Assembly: GCA_048772705.1 (NCBI GenBank)
Contig: JBLWGC010000008.1
Location: 1 to 16,483 of the forward strand
Direction of reading: 5' to 3'
DNA: 16,483 bases
Origin: Leidyana gryllorum EB-2025a
Taxonomy: Eukaryota > Protista > Apicomplexa
In this document: piece after piece, positions 15,412-16,483 of the stretch
Position numbering within the stretch: the stretch's first letter is position 1
Layout: every line of letters starts with the position of its first letter
Program-made: the position numbers and the translations under genes
Notes under the pieces: generated by a model
What the model saw: only the letters and a program-made list of their open reading frames with translations
Databases searched by the model: none
What the model was told of the DNA's origin: nothing

Positions 15412-16328
15412 TCATCATGAGTGTACTTACACTTGCGGCCCACACCCGTTCGGGCCCTCTGATCTATGGCAAAACATTGTTCCGTCTGTGGCCTTTCTAG
15501 CACTGCTGCGTATTGCATGGCTCTGGCGTATATAACTGCGATCGGCTCTCCTATACAAGCTGCAAGTGCTTGCTTGTCCGCCTGTGGTAGTCCACTAAAA
15601 AAGAAGTGTGTTCGAGTCTCTAAGTCTATTCCGCTGACTCCTCTATCAAGCTTTCGGAATTCCGAGATGTACTGCTGCATGGTTCCAGTCTTTCGCAGCT
15701 TGGCCATTCGCGTGAGGTCGTTGTCTAAGGTGTTGTTGGGGTCGAACTCCTTGATCATTGTTGTTCGGAATTGGTCCCAGGGGAGTTGTAGGATTTCTGG
15801 TGATCTGGCTAGCCATCTCGCTGCCGACGCTGTGAAGAGTCCACACGCCGCCCGTACCCTTGCCTCTTCCCCTTCCACCTTGGCAGTCAAGAAGCGGGCA
15901 TTGCATCCGTCGATCCAGTCGCGTGCTTCCCCTTGTCTTTCACCATCGAACGCTGGGTACTTTCTGATCGCCGCGTCCGCTTTTTGATACATCAAGTCGC
16001 TGTCATCGTCGCCTTTTGCTCTCCGTGTACCGCTAATCCCGGTTGGATTCGGTTTCGAGTTCATCGTCTGCATTGCCTCAATCCAACGGCGCATGAAGGC
16101 CTCCATCTTGAGGTCCCCCCCTTCCGGCGTATCTGTGAGTTCTGACGGTGGTTCGGTTGCTTGAAATGACTCCTTTTGGCGCCGTTGATCTGAGCTGCGT
16201 TCCGGTTCAAGGCCCTCCTGCGGCCTTTCGTTCTCCACAACGGCGAAGGTAAGCGCACTGCTACCAGTGTAACACGGGTTCCTTGTGCTACTGTCTAAGG
16301 TGAGTACCTTGCCGTTTCGTAAGTCCAT
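15204..16328 (-). CDS. gag: Gag of B2 (intact)
   Basis: Same protein as B1 Gag; the longer track ORF (to 16463) arises from the 2-bp insertion in this LTR. Confidence 0.92.
   Translation of the reverse strand: MDLRNGKVLTLDSSTRNPCYTGSSALTFAVVENERPQEGLEPERSSDQRRQKESFQATEPPSELTDTPEGGDLKMEAFMRRWIEAMQTMNSKPNPTGISGTRRAKGDDDSDLMYQKADAAIRKYPAFDGERQGEARDWIDGCNARFLTAKVEGEEARVRAACGLFTASAARWLARSPEILQLPWDQFRTTMIKEFDPNNTLDNDLTRMAKLRKTGTMQQYISEFRKLDRGVSGIDLETRTHFFFSGLPQADKQALAACIGEPIAVIYARAMQYAAVLERPQTEQCFAIDQRARTGVGRKCKYTHDECAKERRCFNCGDRGHLAWKCPEPRDDRPAKRFATGRPARQERPTRAVYATEEGTEDFRGGPEQTPTAQ
16255..16266 (-). promoter_or_regulatory. Primer binding site of B2 (iMet-like)
   Basis: TGGTAGCAGTGC on the minus strand, 1 nt after the LTR. 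Confidence 0.8.
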
Positions 16329-16483
16329 TATTCTCGTTGATGCCGAATCACGTAAGTAAAAAGGCACTACACACACGTGTGTCCGTGTCTCCTTTTGCCG
16401 GCCGGCCGGTCTCCGGAGACACAGACTTACCATGGATGACCGGCTCCGGCCGGCTTCCGTCAAACACTTCTCGCAGCCCTTAC
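16268..16483 (-). repeat. 5' LTR of B2 (217 bp expected, 1 bp outside the window)
   Basis: Matches the other B LTRs with one extra AC unit at ~16369-16370. Confidence 0.96.

Larger units (their letters stand above)
11750..16483 (-). mobile_element. Element B2: second, inverted, defective copy of chromovirus B (last base of its 5' LTR is outside the window)
   Basis: Reverse complement of B1 apart from a 264-bp loss with a 33-bp replacement, a 1-bp deletion, a 2-bp LTR insertion and at least one SNP. Confidence 0.97.

Noticed and set aside
1-16483. Prokaryotic RT systems (retron, DGR, group II intron), CRISPR array, or env-bearing retrovirus
   Set aside because: RTs are YLDD Gypsy type within PR-RT-RH-IN polyproteins between LTRs; no repeat-spacer array; no room for env between integrase and PPT

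Overview
The whole window is a nest of eukaryotic Ty3/Gypsy (Metaviridae) LTR retrotransposons: four insertions from three families, with no host gene visible. Element C (+; partial 5' LTR 9949-~10195, tRNA-Pro-like PBS, gag-protease ORF 10084-11749) is the substrate. Element A (-; <1-9948; 171-bp LTRs, tRNA-Gly-like PBS, single gag-pol ORF, no chromodomain) sits in C's 5' LTR. An intact chromovirus B1 (+; 4503-9467; identical 215-bp LTRs, CCCGC target-site duplication, iMet-like PBS, gag/-1/pol with chromodomain) sits in A's gag. A near-identical but damaged copy B2 (-; 11750->16483) interrupts C. Every insertion is antisense to the element it hit. The most striking observation is that the antisense strand of the B LTR has a consensus splice donor 32 nt from one end and a pyrimidine-rich acceptor 8 nt from the other. 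Splicing would leave 32+8+5 (TSD) = 45 nt and restore A's gag-pol in frame without a stop. A's LTR ends are also one flanking G away from splice sites. This 'LTR-as-intron' idea is inferred from sequence only and needs RNA data. Family, clade, tRNA and host assignments come from motif recognition by eye, not database searches.
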